NCBI GenBank assembly: GCA_028280845.1
Contig: JANQKZ010000032.1
Span: 74,490-138,489 of the forward strand
Length of the DNA stretch: 64,000 nucleotides
Direction of reading: 5' to 3'
From: Opitutales bacterium
GTDB lineage: Bacteria; Verrucomicrobiota; Verrucomicrobiia; Opitutales; JABSRG01
Part shown: positions 38,914 to 49,433 of the stretch, in pieces
Numbering within the stretch: position 1 is the stretch's first letter
Layout: each line of letters begins with the position of its first letter
The notes under the pieces: generated by a model
What the model was told of the DNA's origin: nothing
Seen by the model: the letters and a program-made list of their open reading frames with translations, nothing else
Databases searched by the model: none
Made by a program: the position numbers and the translations under genes

Positions 38914-39792
38914 CTAGAGCCCCGCCAAATACCGCATGCTTTCCTGGATACTGGCGATGGGGTTGGGCGAATGGTCTTGCTCCACATGACAATGCTCTAC
39001 ACCCGCTCCCTGAGCCGCTTCAATGATGGGCTCCATGGGAATGATGCCATTGCCGAGCTCCTTAAAAGCATCTGGGGAAATCGAGCCAAAGTGCGGTAAA
39101 TCCATTCCGGCCTTCAAGTCCTTCAGGTGAAGCTGAGACACCCGACCCTTCAACTGCTGGATCAGGTCTACCGGCTCCACCCCGGCTAACTTCACCCAGA
39201 AGACATCCACTTCAAACTGCATGTGGTCGGAGAACTCGTCCATGAACACATCGTAGCCGGATTTCCCCGCATCTATCTTTTCAAACTCAAAACTGTGGTT
39301 GTGGTAGGCCAGCTGAATCCCCGCCTTTTTCGATTGCTCAGCCGCCACATTACACCGCTCCGCAATGCGCTTGTAGTGGTCGAGCGTTTCCCGCTCATGA
39401 CCATGCAGGTAGGGAATCACCAGGTGAGAAATCCCATCATCCTTGGCCTGCTGCAGAATCTTATCAAAAGCACCGGCCCCAGCCTTGTCGGGATGGGTCA
39501 CCGCCTCCCAGGCAAAATGACTCGAATTTACCGCCAACCCGTGATCCAGCGACGCCTGGATCATAGCTTCGCTATTCGGGTAGCCGTAAGCCTCTACCTG
39601 CTTATAGCCAGCTTCGGCTACGGCCTGGATCGTCCCAACGGTATCGGCATTCAGCTCATTCCGTAAAGTATATAGCTGAATCCCGATATTTTTGCGGTAA
39701 GGATTATTCTTCGCCAGGGCAAAGGACTGAAATGTGGCGGAGCTGGCCAGGGTAGCTGCCAGGGAAGACTTGATAAAGGTGCGTCGTCTCAT
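38914..39792 (-). CDS. Tat-exported sugar phosphate isomerase/epimerase (TIM barrel)
   Basis: MRRRTFIK Tat signal, GIQLYTLR, YHNH.FEF, EVDVFW, HLKD, VEQD. Confidence 0.9.
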   Translation of the reverse strand: MRRRTFIKSSLAATLASSATFQSFALAKNNPYRKNIGIQLYTLRNELNADTVGTIQAVAEAGYKQVEAYGYPNSEAMIQASLDHGLAVNSSHFAWEAVTHPDKAGAGAFDKILQQAKDDGISHLVIPYLHGHERETLDHYKRIAERCNVAAEQSKKAGIQLAYHNHSFEFEKIDAGKSGYDVFMDEFSDHMQFEVDVFWVKLAGVEPVDLIQQLKGRVSQLHLKDLKAGMDLPHFGSISPDAFKELGNGIIPMEPIIEAAQGAGVEHCHVEQDHSPNPIASIQESMRYLAGL

Positions 39793-40107
39793 CGTTTAAT
39801 TGGGTTAACTGGAACTGGGGTAAAGGGGATCGTCACCCTTTCGGGAAATTACTTTCATTAACTTGATGCACAAATATCTCAAATCAACCAACCAAAATCC
39901 AGCGGGCAAAACCTAAGAAGAAGGAAAGAAGTGGAAAAACGATTTCCCGAGCGCGTGAACATGATTTCCATCCAGCGGGAAGCAAACGACCTTCGGCTTG
40001 ACGGACACAGCGAGGCGAGGATCGAGAAGTCCCGGGTCAAGATGGAGGAAGTCGTAGCCAAAACGATCCCGGATTATCTAGACCAGACCTGCAGGTTTCC
40101 CAATCGG

Positions 40108-40374
40108 CTAGGAAATACTCCGGTATTGGCGAGGGGAGACGCCATAGTGGAAACGGAAGTAGCGGTTGAAGTTCGCCAGGTTATTAAACCCGCAGGCAAA
40201 GGCGATCTCAGCAACAGTCTGGTCGGATTCCAACAGCTCCCGGGCGGCCCGGCCCAACCGCAGCTCGATGATGAATTGGCTGAAGGGTTTGCCCATCTGC
40301 TGGCGGAAAAACCGACTGAAGGATTGCGGATGGAGCGCGGCGCACTGGGCGACCGATTCCAGGAATTCGCTTTT
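40108..40374 (-). pseudogene. AraC-family regulator remnant (HTH domain only)
   Basis: LESVAQCAALHPQSFSRFFRQQMGKPFSQFIIELRL..VAEIAFACGFNNLANFNRYF..SPRQYR; in-frame TAG just upstream (40375-40377); no sensor domain found. Confidence 0.75.
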
Positions 40375-40711
40375 CTAGAGCCCAGTATGCGCTTCACGAA
40401 AGCCTTCCCCCTTAGACACAGGCTCTACTGCATGGACCAGCTTATCCTTTACCCAGGCTTCAGTGCGATCCCGACCCACAGGAGATTGAGGTGAAACAGG
40501 CAATGTATGAATCCGCCTCCCAGGTTGTGTCCTGATGGATGTATCCAAGCTGGATAAACCTCCCTCATGGAAACCTTGGCCTTGCTTCAGATCGATGCAG
40601 CAGTCTTTGATCCACCCATCCCTAAACCCTGTCAGAATCTCCTCAAAGCCAATAAAGTGGACACCTTCATTGCCAACCGGAAGCAGACGGTCTAAATGTA
40701 AAAGTTTTCTC

Positions 40712-42055
40712 ATGAAACCCAAAATCCCCTTACCCACTTGCGCCCTGCTCCTCTGCTTCTTGCAGCTCACCTTGTCCGCGACCCCTCCCAATGTCATTGT
40801 CCTGTTCGCCGACGACCTGGGCTACGGTGACTTGAGCTGCTACGGGCATCCCACGATCCGCACCCCCTACCTCGACCAGATGGCCGCCGAAGGCTTGCGT
40901 CTGACCTCTTTTTACAGCGGGGCCGATGTCTGCAGCCCGGCTCGAGCCGCGCTCCTCACCGGCCGCTACCCCATTCACGCAGGCATGCCCCATAACACGG
41001 GTCCCGGATCCGACCGCCACCTGCCCAAAAACCAGATCCTGATTCCGCAAATCCTCCAGGGCCAGGGTTACGTGAGCAAGGCCATCGGCAAGTGGCACCT
41101 GGGCCACCAGGATGCGTCACTCCTCCCCGTGGGTCGTGGCTTCGATCACTTTTTCGGGCTCCCCTACTCCAACGACATGATTCGTCCCTGGGTCAATACG
41201 GACGAGCCCATGTATATGTTCCGTGATGGAGAACCTCTGGAAAAAGTTGGCCATGAGCAGAGCCACCTGACCAAGGCTTACACGGAGGAAGCCCTTGCCT
41301 TCATCCGGAAACAGGTCAAATCCGAGACTCCCTTCTTCATCTACCTGGCATACTCCATGCCCCACCTCCCGGTACATGCTCCACCCGAGCGGCAGGGCAC
41401 CTCCACTGCCGGGCGCTATGGGGATGTCATCGAAACCATCGACTGGAGTGCGGGGCAAATCATGGACGAACTCCGCCAATTGGGGATTGAACACAATACC
41501 CTAGTTGTCTTCACGAGCGACAATGGGCCCTGGCATAACCTGCCCGACCGCATGTTGGCCGAGGGCAACGAACGCTGGCACTCCGGCACCGCCGGTCACC
41601 TGAGAGGAGCTAAAACCACTTCCTATGAAGGGGGCTCTCGCGTGCCCGGCATCTTCTGGTGGCCGGGAACCATCCCCTCCGGCCGGACATCCTCCGCCAT
41701 GGCTTCCACCATCGACCTTCTCCCCACCGCGGCTGCCCTCGCGGGGGCAACGCTACCCCAGAACCACGCTGTAGATGGCTATAATCTCCTTCCCTTCCTC
41801 ATGGGAAGAACCGACACCCCCCGCAAGGAATTCATCTATTCACGGGGAGCCTACTTCGAAGCCATCCGCCAAGGACCATGGAAGCTGCGCATCGGGGGCA
41901 GTAACCCGCAGATCGAGCTGTTCCACCTCGATCGGGACCCCTCCGAGATGTACAACGTCGCCAATCGCTACCCGGAACAGGTGCAACATCTGCAAGCCGC
42001 CCTCCAGGAAAGGGCAGCTCATTATCAGGCAGACCTGCGGGAGCTGAAACCATAA
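40712..42055 (+). CDS. Formylglycine-dependent arylsulfatase-type enzyme (S1), secreted
   Basis: PNVIVLFADDLGYGD, CSPAR, GKWHLG, SDNG, YEGG.RVP. Confidence 0.94.
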   Translation: MKPKIPLPTCALLLCFLQLTLSATPPNVIVLFADDLGYGDLSCYGHPTIRTPYLDQMAAEGLRLTSFYSGADVCSPARAALLTGRYPIHAGMPHNTGPGSDRHLPKNQILIPQILQGQGYVSKAIGKWHLGHQDASLLPVGRGFDHFFGLPYSNDMIRPWVNTDEPMYMFRDGEPLEKVGHEQSHLTKAYTEEALAFIRKQVKSETPFFIYLAYSMPHLPVHAPPERQGTSTAGRYGDVIETIDWSAGQIMDELRQLGIEHNTLVVFTSDNGPWHNLPDRMLAEGNERWHSGTAGHLRGAKTTSYEGGSRVPGIFWWPGTIPSGRTSSAMASTIDLLPTAAALAGATLPQNHAVDGYNLLPFLMGRTDTPRKEFIYSRGAYFEAIRQGPWKLRIGGSNPQIELFHLDRDPSEMYNVANRYPEQVQHLQAALQERAAHYQADLRELKP

Positions 42056-42064
42056 GGAACCGAA

Positions 42065-43516
42065 GTGAATCCCTTGAATCGAAGAGCCTTTCTCAAAACC
42101 TCCTTGGGCGCAGCCGCCATGACCCCGATTGCTTCCGCCTGGGCCAAACCAGCTGGCAGTCTGGAGACCGTCCGGATCGGCATCATCGGATGCGGATGGA
42201 AGGGCCTCAGCCATATCGAGACCTTCGATGCCCTGCCCCAATGCCGGGTGGTCGCCCTGTCCGATCCCGACGAAAGCCGCATGCAGGAGGGCCTGACCAA
42301 GCTGGAACCGGGCCGCCCCCCCGCCCGGACCTATCGCGACTTTAGAGAACTCCTCGAGCAACCGGATATCGATGCCGTGGTCATCGTCACCCCTAACCAC
42401 TGGCACGCCCTCATGGCGGTCCTCGCTTGCGAGGCCGGCAAACACGTCTTCCTCGAAAAACCCCTCACCCGGACCTGGAACGAAGCGAGCCTCATCCTCC
42501 AAGCCGCCCAACGCACCGGCCGCATGATCCAGGGCGGCGCCCAGGGTCGCTCCGATGTCGGATTCAACGCCGCCCTCGAATTCATCAAATCCCAAGAGTT
42601 CGGCCGGCCCCAATGGGCTCATGGGTTCTGGTATCGCACCCGCGAGCCGATCGGTAAAGTGACTGGCCCTCAATCGATTCCGGCAAATGTCGACTACAAC
42701 CTCTGGACCGGCCCCGCCCCGCTGAAGCCGCTCATGCGCGAACGCTTTCACTATGACTGGCACTGGCAGTGGGACTACGGCAACGGCGAGATGGGGAACC
42801 TCGGCACCCACCAGGCCGATGAAATTGTCTACGCGCTCGGCCTGGAAGAGCTGCCCACTCGCGCCATGAGCCTGGGTGGTCGCTTCCTCTGGAACGACGA
42901 TGGCCAGACCGCCAACATGCATCTCGCCCTGTTGGATTTTCAGGGGCTTCCTTTTCTCCTCGAGGTCAGAGACCTGCCCGACCGAACTGGAGTCAGCCAC
43001 CCCGCCAGCCAGTACGGCCGCCGCAGCGGAAATCGCATCCAATACGAAGGCGGCTACATCCTCGGCGGACGCGGCGGAGCCGATGTCTACGACGCCGAGG
43101 GCAACCGCATCCAGCGCTTCCCCGGAGATGCCGGCGGCAGCCACCAGGCCAATTTTATCGAAGCCATCCGGCAGGACCATCCTTCCATCCTCGCCTCCCC
43201 CATCGAAAACGCCATCCTCTCCACCCAACTCACCAACCTGGCCAACCTGTCCTACCTCGCAGGTCGCCTAGCCACCACTCCGGAGATAAAGTCGGCTACC
43301 GCTCCCATGGGCCAGGCTCAGCCATCCGTAGATGCGTTCCTCGACCATTTGGGCCGACTAGGGATCCACCCTGACCAGCAGCCCATCACCCTGGGACCCT
43401 GGGTTAAACCGAAAGGACTACACTCCCTACCGATGACCGGAGATTCCAGTCTGGATCTACTCCTTCAGGAAAGGAGCCAAGTCCGCGCCCGGGCGCCTTT
43501 CAATTTCCCCGCTTAG
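42065..43516 (+). CDS. Tat-exported Gfo/Idh/MocA oxidoreductase
   Basis: NRRAFLK Tat signal, IGIIGCG, TPNHWH, HVFLEKP, WHWQWDYGNG. Confidence 0.92.
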   Translation: MNPLNRRAFLKTSLGAAAMTPIASAWAKPAGSLETVRIGIIGCGWKGLSHIETFDALPQCRVVALSDPDESRMQEGLTKLEPGRPPARTYRDFRELLEQPDIDAVVIVTPNHWHALMAVLACEAGKHVFLEKPLTRTWNEASLILQAAQRTGRMIQGGAQGRSDVGFNAALEFIKSQEFGRPQWAHGFWYRTREPIGKVTGPQSIPANVDYNLWTGPAPLKPLMRERFHYDWHWQWDYGNGEMGNLGTHQADEIVYALGLEELPTRAMSLGGRFLWNDDGQTANMHLALLDFQGLPFLLEVRDLPDRTGVSHPASQYGRRSGNRIQYEGGYILGGRGGADVYDAEGNRIQRFPGDAGGSHQANFIEAIRQDHPSILASPIENAILSTQLTNLANLSYLAGRLATTPEIKSATAPMGQAQPSVDAFLDHLGRLGIHPDQQPITLGPWVKPKGLHSLPMTGDSSLDLLLQERSQVRARAPFNFPA

Positions 43517-44505
43517 GCCACCCCGCCGTCCACGTACCCGGGCTGCATCCAGGCCACGTTCTCATGGCGGAAGAAGGGCTCCATCTTGGTACTGAGTGCT
43601 TCCATCTTCGCCTCCGGCAGGGGTTTAAAGTTCCGGACGAGCTCGAGGTTCTTTCTCAGGACCTCCATGCTGCCCTGGCTGATATTCGCCGTCGCGAAAT
43701 GAGGCAGGGTCAGCGAGTAGTGAACCAGGTCGGCCGGATCCAGCTCCGGCACACTTTCCCGGGGCCGAATCACCTTCATGGCGATGACCCCCAGACCGTG
43801 TTGGGCCGCCACAGGCACGGCATGGCCTTCGAAGTCCTTCGGGGTGTTTTTCGATTGATGATTGAGGGCAATCATCATGGCCTCAAAATCGTAAAGCTCT
43901 GCCGCTCGCTTCATACCCTCGGGCGTCGTGTGCCCGGTAAAGCCAATATGTTTGATGACTCCCTGGTCCCGATAATCATGGAGGACGTTCAAAACCTTTC
44001 CCTTGTCCCCTAAGGTCTCGGCATCTTCCACCGACTCGATGCTGTGGACATGAAACAGGTCGATGGTATCGGTATTCAGTCGCTTCAGGCTTTGTTCAAT
44101 TTCAGCTTTGGCCGCGTCAGCATCTCGCTCTCCGGTTTTGGTCACCAGGAATACTTCCTTACGACGACTCGGCAGCAGCTTCCCGATCCGCGCTTCACTG
44201 GAAATCTGTTTATTCCCGTAACTCGCTGCCGTGTCCCAGAAATACACGCCGTGGTTTAAGGCATACTCCAGGATCTCCAGGGCCTCGTCGTCATCCTCAA
44301 TCGCCATCCACCGGCTACCCGTCCCGAAGGCCAACAGGGGGACGTCTACCCCAACCTTTCCCAGCCTGCGAGTAGGCAAGCCCTTTGGATCAAAGGAAGA
44401 GGAGGGCTTCATTCCGGCAGACCCCAGGTGGGGCAACGCAGCGGCACCCGCGGTCGCTACGGCTGAGGTTTTAATAAATTTCCGACGAGGCAGTTTCTTT
44501 TCCAT
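43513..44505 (-). CDS. Tat-exported aldo/keto reductase
   Basis: PRRKFIK, WDTAASY, LVTK, SLKRL.TD.IDL.HVH, IAMK. Confidence 0.9.
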   Translation of the reverse strand: MEKKLPRRKFIKTSAVATAGAAALPHLGSAGMKPSSSFDPKGLPTRRLGKVGVDVPLLAFGTGSRWMAIEDDDEALEILEYALNHGVYFWDTAASYGNKQISSEARIGKLLPSRRKEVFLVTKTGERDADAAKAEIEQSLKRLNTDTIDLFHVHSIESVEDAETLGDKGKVLNVLHDYRDQGVIKHIGFTGHTTPEGMKRAAELYDFEAMMIALNHQSKNTPKDFEGHAVPVAAQHGLGVIAMKVIRPRESVPELDPADLVHYSLTLPHFATANISQGSMEVLRKNLELVRNFKPLPEAKMEALSTKMEPFFRHENVAWMQPGYVDGGVA

Positions 44506-44645
44506 AACGATGTGACTCCTAAGCTAACCATAAAATAACACTAAAGCTCATTAAAGGAATTTCCTTTAGGCTGCAATAGTGACGATCTGCGGTTGTTTGG
44601 TGTCTCTATTTTAGCGGGGTTTAGCATGAATAAGTGGTGCATCCA

Positions 44646-45272
44646 TCAGGGTTCGACCTTGAGCCCGTAAACCTCGATCCAATCGAGCCGCGAGCAGGCC
44701 GGGCTCCGCCCGCCCGCCATGAGGTCGGTAAATCCGACCGATTTTACACGGGAAAGATCCGGATCGTCCATCCATCGGGTCTCCCGGATGTCGTCCGCAT
44801 TCAATCGACGCCAACGGATATCCATGATGTTGAACTCCTTCTCCCGCCAATCCTGGCTCGGCCCATCCGAGGCGTCGCTCACCAGCCAGGTGCCATCTTC
44901 CAATTGCAGCACGATGCGCAACTGCCGGAAACCGGCCTGCTTGGAGCGCCAGCGAATCTTGGCGTGCCCGGTCAAGTCGATGAGGTAATCCCTTGGGGTC
45001 AAAGACACCATCCAGTTGCCCTCACAAAGGCCTGACCAGATATAAAAGGGATCATCAATCGGTTTCTCGTGATTGCTCTTCTTGATCACATTCCGACCCG
45101 GACCGTGCAACCCCAGAATCAGGTCAGGATGCACGACGTGCTCCTGCGTCACCGGTATGGCGGGCGGAAGCTCAGCCCAGTCTTCGCGAAAGAGGAGGTC
45201 GGGCCGATAAGGGGCGTCTTGACCAAAGGCCGACACCAAGGGAAAAAACAAAAGACAATAGAAACGATTCAT
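44646..45272 (-). CDS. Secreted hypothetical protein, possible CIA30/CBM11-like beta-sandwich
   Basis: Signal peptide; aromatic-rich beta pattern ending DLSRVKSVGF...RLDWIEVY; 18 bp downstream of phoD on the same strand. Confidence 0.6.
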   Translation of the reverse strand: MNRFYCLLFFPLVSAFGQDAPYRPDLLFREDWAELPPAIPVTQEHVVHPDLILGLHGPGRNVIKKSNHEKPIDDPFYIWSGLCEGNWMVSLTPRDYLIDLTGHAKIRWRSKQAGFRQLRIVLQLEDGTWLVSDASDGPSQDWREKEFNIMDIRWRRLNADDIRETRWMDDPDLSRVKSVGFTDLMAGGRSPACSRLDWIEVYGLKVEP

Positions 45273-45290
45273 TCTAAAACTCCTTTGAAT

Positions 45291-46754
45291 TTAGGGATTC
45301 CCCAAAACCTCCCGGTGGCGGACCACTGGAACGGTCGACATCGGGAATTCCGGGTCTCGACCAAACCATTCCGCTCGAGCGATTCCATTTTCGATCGTGA
45401 TCCCGAGGAATCCTCCCTTCTCACTGAAAAAGGTATGGTATTCCGGCTGGAATCCTGGATCACCTCCGTAATTGTGCTCATCATTGATCGGACCACAGCC
45501 CATTTCCATGATTCCGGTTTTTGGATCGATGGAGCAATACTGCCAGTGCCGGTCGCCCGTGATGACAAAGGTGTTGGCTTGAGTAGCGATGAAATCCCGC
45601 AGCTCCTGCCCCTCATGCATGAAGCCATCATTGGAGTGATTATCGTTTTTTCGTGGTTTATCTGGCCCCACAATGGGCCCCGGAGTAATGATGAACTTAT
45701 ATTTGGCATCCGATTCTTCGATGGTCCGCTTCAGCCACGCCTTCTGGTCCGCACCCAGGATGGTTTTTTCCGGGCCATCGGGGTCCGTATTCGCGGAGCG
45801 AAAGTCGCGGTTCTCTGTCATCCATATTTGGACATCCCTCCCCCACCGAATGGTCCGATACGTTTTCTCCCCCATGGGCACCTGTTCACGAAAGATCGAC
45901 AGCCCCTCCTCCCAGGTCAAATCCCCGTAGGTCTGCCCCGGCCAGCAATCATTCACTAAGGTGTCATGATCATCCTTCATGAAGTAGGAGCTGACCTGCG
46001 TGTGAAAAGCCAGGTTATACCCATAAGCAAACATCAGATTCCACTTGGCCCGGGCTTCGGCCACATTCTTCGCCAGGGGCGCCTTGTCATAATAAACAAT
46101 GTCACCCGTATGGACAAAAAAGTGGGGGTCTAAGGCCAGCATCTGCTGGTAGGTCTGGTGCCCTTCTGCCCCCGCATCTACGCTCCGCACCGCCTGGCAG
46201 GTGGTGACGATGAACCGGATGGGCCCGGCATCCTCCTTGGCGGGAGCGGTCTTGAACTGGCCCGGTAAGGCTGTCGTGGGTTGGTAGCCCTCCCCCCTCC
46301 GGGCCCAGACCAGGTAGTGGTAGGTCTGACCAGGTTGGAGATTCTCCAAGGGCACCTGCGCGATGAAATCTCGATCGGGATCGACCGAGATCCAGGGGGT
46401 TCCAAAGATTTCCGGAAACCCCTCTCCCGCTGCCATATACTGAATAAAGACTTCCCCTTCGGCCCCAGGCAGAATATCGGTCGGCATGGGACCTACCTCG
46501 GGACGGGCAATCGGTGAACCCTCCGTCAATATAGGCATTCGACCAAAGTCAGCCGTGGGTTCCCTCGTCAATCGAACCCACAGAATCGCTGAGTTTTGAT
46601 CGACCTCGCCTATTTTGACCCCATTGCCCAGAAAGGGACCGTCCACAGCACCCAAGTTTCCAAAAGGTAATAAGACCATAGCAGCCATGCAGATCCGCCC
46701 CGGATCATATTTACTGACAACGGATCTTAAAAATCCAATCATAGTGGTTTTCAT
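45291..46754 (-). CDS. phoD: PhoD family alkaline phosphatase
   Basis: HTGDIVYYD, DDHD, ENRDFRS, ILGADQKAWL, TGDRHW. Confidence 0.88.
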   Translation of the reverse strand: MKTTMIGFLRSVVSKYDPGRICMAAMVLLPFGNLGAVDGPFLGNGVKIGEVDQNSAILWVRLTREPTADFGRMPILTEGSPIARPEVGPMPTDILPGAEGEVFIQYMAAGEGFPEIFGTPWISVDPDRDFIAQVPLENLQPGQTYHYLVWARRGEGYQPTTALPGQFKTAPAKEDAGPIRFIVTTCQAVRSVDAGAEGHQTYQQMLALDPHFFVHTGDIVYYDKAPLAKNVAEARAKWNLMFAYGYNLAFHTQVSSYFMKDDHDTLVNDCWPGQTYGDLTWEEGLSIFREQVPMGEKTYRTIRWGRDVQIWMTENRDFRSANTDPDGPEKTILGADQKAWLKRTIEESDAKYKFIITPGPIVGPDKPRKNDNHSNDGFMHEGQELRDFIATQANTFVITGDRHWQYCSIDPKTGIMEMGCGPINDEHNYGGDPGFQPEYHTFFSEKGGFLGITIENGIARAEWFGRDPEFPMSTVPVVRHREVLGNP

Positions 46755-46828
46755 AAGTTCACCCTAACCACTCTGTTGCCTCTTCACGAGCGAAAATCCA
46801 TTCCAACCGTTACACCCGCGCTATTCCT

Positions 46829-47713
46829 ATGTGTGTTGCCCCCGTTCGATTAAAGCCCCGATTTCTCCTTGGGTTTACCGCCTTTTGGGGGGCGCTGGCT
46901 CTGGCAGTCCACGCCAATTCGCCGGATAAGACACTTGCCTATAAACCGGTGGAGAATGGCTCCCTCTCTCTTCATATCTTTCACCCGAAAGACCATAAAT
47001 CCACAGACGGTCGACCCGCCATCGTCTTCTTCTTTGGAGGAGGCTGGAATACCGGGAGCCCTTCCCAGTTCTACCCACAGTGTGCCTATCTGGCCTCCCG
47101 GGGAATGGTGGCGATCTCTGCAGAATATCGGACAAAGTCCAGCCATGGGACTGACCCTCGGGCTTGTGTCGAAGACGGAAAATCGGCCATACGCTTTGTG
47201 CGTCGTCACGCCTCCGAGCTGGGCATTGACCCCAATCGAATCGCGGCCGGTGGAGGGTCCGCAGGAGCCCACGTCGCCATCGCCACGGCAACCCTCTCGC
47301 AATTCAACGCACAGGGAGAGGACACAGCAGTGTCCAGCATTCCCAATGCCCTCGTCCTCTTCAATCCCGTTTATGACAATGGACCCGGAGGATATGGACA
47401 TGAGCGCGTGAAAGACTACTGGACGTCATTCTCTCCCCTGCATAATCTATCTCCGGATACTCCACCGACCGTGGTGTTTCTTGGGACTGCTGATACCTTG
47501 GTGCCCGTGGAAACTGCGGAGGAATTTCAAAATCGCATGAAAGCATTGGGAGCACATAGCGAATTACACCTATATGAAGATAAACCCCATGGTTTCTTCA
47601 ATCCAGGCAGGGATCCGGAGTCGTTTTATCTGACCCTGACTGAGGCTGATCGCTTCCTTACGAAATTGGGGTATCTCGAGGGTGAGCCTACTCTGGCACT
47701 TCCAGGGGAATGA
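46829..47713 (+). CDS. Alpha/beta-hydrolase (carbohydrate esterase/acetylesterase-like), secreted
   Basis: FFGGGW oxyanion loop, GGSAG nucleophile, GTAD, HGF. Confidence 0.9.
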   Translation: MCVAPVRLKPRFLLGFTAFWGALALAVHANSPDKTLAYKPVENGSLSLHIFHPKDHKSTDGRPAIVFFFGGGWNTGSPSQFYPQCAYLASRGMVAISAEYRTKSSHGTDPRACVEDGKSAIRFVRRHASELGIDPNRIAAGGGSAGAHVAIATATLSQFNAQGEDTAVSSIPNALVLFNPVYDNGPGGYGHERVKDYWTSFSPLHNLSPDTPPTVVFLGTADTLVPVETAEEFQNRMKALGAHSELHLYEDKPHGFFNPGRDPESFYLTLTEADRFLTKLGYLEGEPTLALPGE

Positions 47714-47803
47714 TCTCCCCGGTGGACGAACAGTGAGAAATCGTCGACTTATCTTCCTGCCACACTTCAACTTTGATCTTCAAATTCCGCATTTACTTAC
47801 CCC

Positions 47804-48385
47804 ATGAAACAATCAGAAATCAACGCAGCCTACTTGGAGGCCAAGGCTGCCTTCGAGGCAAACGGTTGGGCCCTCCCCCCGAAACCGAAATGGGACATCA
47901 CCGATTTTGGCCTCGGCGATTTTGCGCGCTATGGCCTCGTCCTCATCAACCTGACAGAGGAACCGGAATACTGTGAAAAGCTGATGTATGCGAGGAAGAA
48001 TCAGTTCACTCCTATGCATAGCCATCAAAAGAAAAAAGAGGACATCATCTGCCGCTCCGGGAAACTGGCAATCGAGGTTTGGAAGGGGGTACCTAATTCG
48101 GATCACCCACGCACCTGCTTCACCCTCCAGCGAAATGGAGAATCGGTCACAATACAAAGCGGGGATATCCTGGTCCTCCAGGCCGGAGAAAGAGTCACGC
48201 TAGTTCCCGGGATTTACCATGAGTTCCGGGGAGCGGACGGCCCTGTCATCATCGGAGAAGTGTCGACTGCCAATGATGATCTAAATGACAACCTCTTTAT
48301 CAACCCTGACATTGGTCGATTTTCCAGTATTGAGGAAAACGCGCGTCCGGCAGTCCAACTGGTGTCCCAGGAACCTGAGCGATGA
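47804..48385 (+). CDS. D-lyxose/D-mannose isomerase family cupin
   Basis: WDITDFG, YCEK, PMHSH..KKEDII, YHEF, GEVSTANDD. Confidence 0.9.
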   Translation: MKQSEINAAYLEAKAAFEANGWALPPKPKWDITDFGLGDFARYGLVLINLTEEPEYCEKLMYARKNQFTPMHSHQKKKEDIICRSGKLAIEVWKGVPNSDHPRTCFTLQRNGESVTIQSGDILVLQAGERVTLVPGIYHEFRGADGPVIIGEVSTANDDLNDNLFINPDIGRFSSIEENARPAVQLVSQEPER

Positions 48386-49401
48386 CACGATCGGGAATCA
48401 TCGCTGGAGGTAATTTTATTGTAGACCGCATCAAGATGTTGGACGTCTGGCCCAGCCAGGACGCTCTCGCCCATATCCATGCCGAGTCCAAGGGCAATGG
48501 CGGAGGCCCTTACAACGTCCTCAAAGACCTACGCAAACTGGGTGCATCCTTTCCCCTTGAGGCAATGGGATTGATCGGAGAGGACGAAGCCGGGCGATGG
48601 ATTCAGCAAGACCTGGAAAACCATGAAATAAGGATCAATACCCTTCGGACCACCAGTGAATCCCCCACCTCCTACACCGATGTCATGACGGTGGAATCAA
48701 GCGGTCGTCGGACTTTTTTCCATCAGAGCGGGACCAACGCCCTCTGGAATCCCACTCACGTCGATTTTTCACAACTAAGCTCGTATCGACATTTCCACTA
48801 CGCCTACCTCATGCTTCTGGAATCCATGGAGAAGCAGGACCATTCCGGAAACCCTGCCGTGACCCAAGTCCTCCAGTCCGCCCAACAGCACGGGCTGTCC
48901 ACCTCTGTCGATTGCGTCAGCTCATCCGCCGGCGGCTTTCCCGATCTGGTCCAGGCCGTCCTACCCTTCACCAACTATCTGTTCATGAATGAATGGGAGG
49001 CTTCCCGGATTACCGGATTAGAAATCGGCGAGGGTGATACCCTCGACATGGACCAGGTCCAGGCAGCCGCCGCTCAAATCTGCCACCATACCGAAACCCT
49101 CCGCGTCTTCATCCACTTCCCCCAAGGCGTATACTCCACCAATGGCCGTGGAGAAGATGTTGTCCAGGGTTCCGTACGCCTCCCTATGGACCGCATCCGC
49201 GGAGCTACCGGAGCCGGCGATGCTTTCTGCGCGGGTACCCTATTTGGCATTCATGAAGATTTGCCTATTCCAAAGTGCATGGAGCTTGGTGTCTGCGCCG
49301 CGGCCGCCTGTCTCCAATTTCCCACTGCCTCCGACGGCGTCCTCCCCGTCGATCAAAGCCTGGCCCTCGGCCAGGAATTCGGGTTTTATTCTCTAACTTA
49401 G
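48382..49401 (+). CDS. PfkB family carbohydrate kinase
   Basis: GGGPYN, RRTF, NEWEA, GATGAGDAF; ATGA overlap with the isomerase gene. Confidence 0.92.
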   Translation: MTRSGIIAGGNFIVDRIKMLDVWPSQDALAHIHAESKGNGGGPYNVLKDLRKLGASFPLEAMGLIGEDEAGRWIQQDLENHEIRINTLRTTSESPTSYTDVMTVESSGRRTFFHQSGTNALWNPTHVDFSQLSSYRHFHYAYLMLLESMEKQDHSGNPAVTQVLQSAQQHGLSTSVDCVSSSAGGFPDLVQAVLPFTNYLFMNEWEASRITGLEIGEGDTLDMDQVQAAAAQICHHTETLRVFIHFPQGVYSTNGRGEDVVQGSVRLPMDRIRGATGAGDAFCAGTLFGIHEDLPIPKCMELGVCAAAACLQFPTASDGVLPVDQSLALGQEFGFYSLT

Positions 49402-49433
49402 ATAATAGCATCCCGCATCCATGACAAAAAGGG

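Noticed and set aside
39931-40494. 187-aa plus-strand ORF as an intact gene
   Set aside because: Its central part is the antisense of the AraC remnant; no family recognised.
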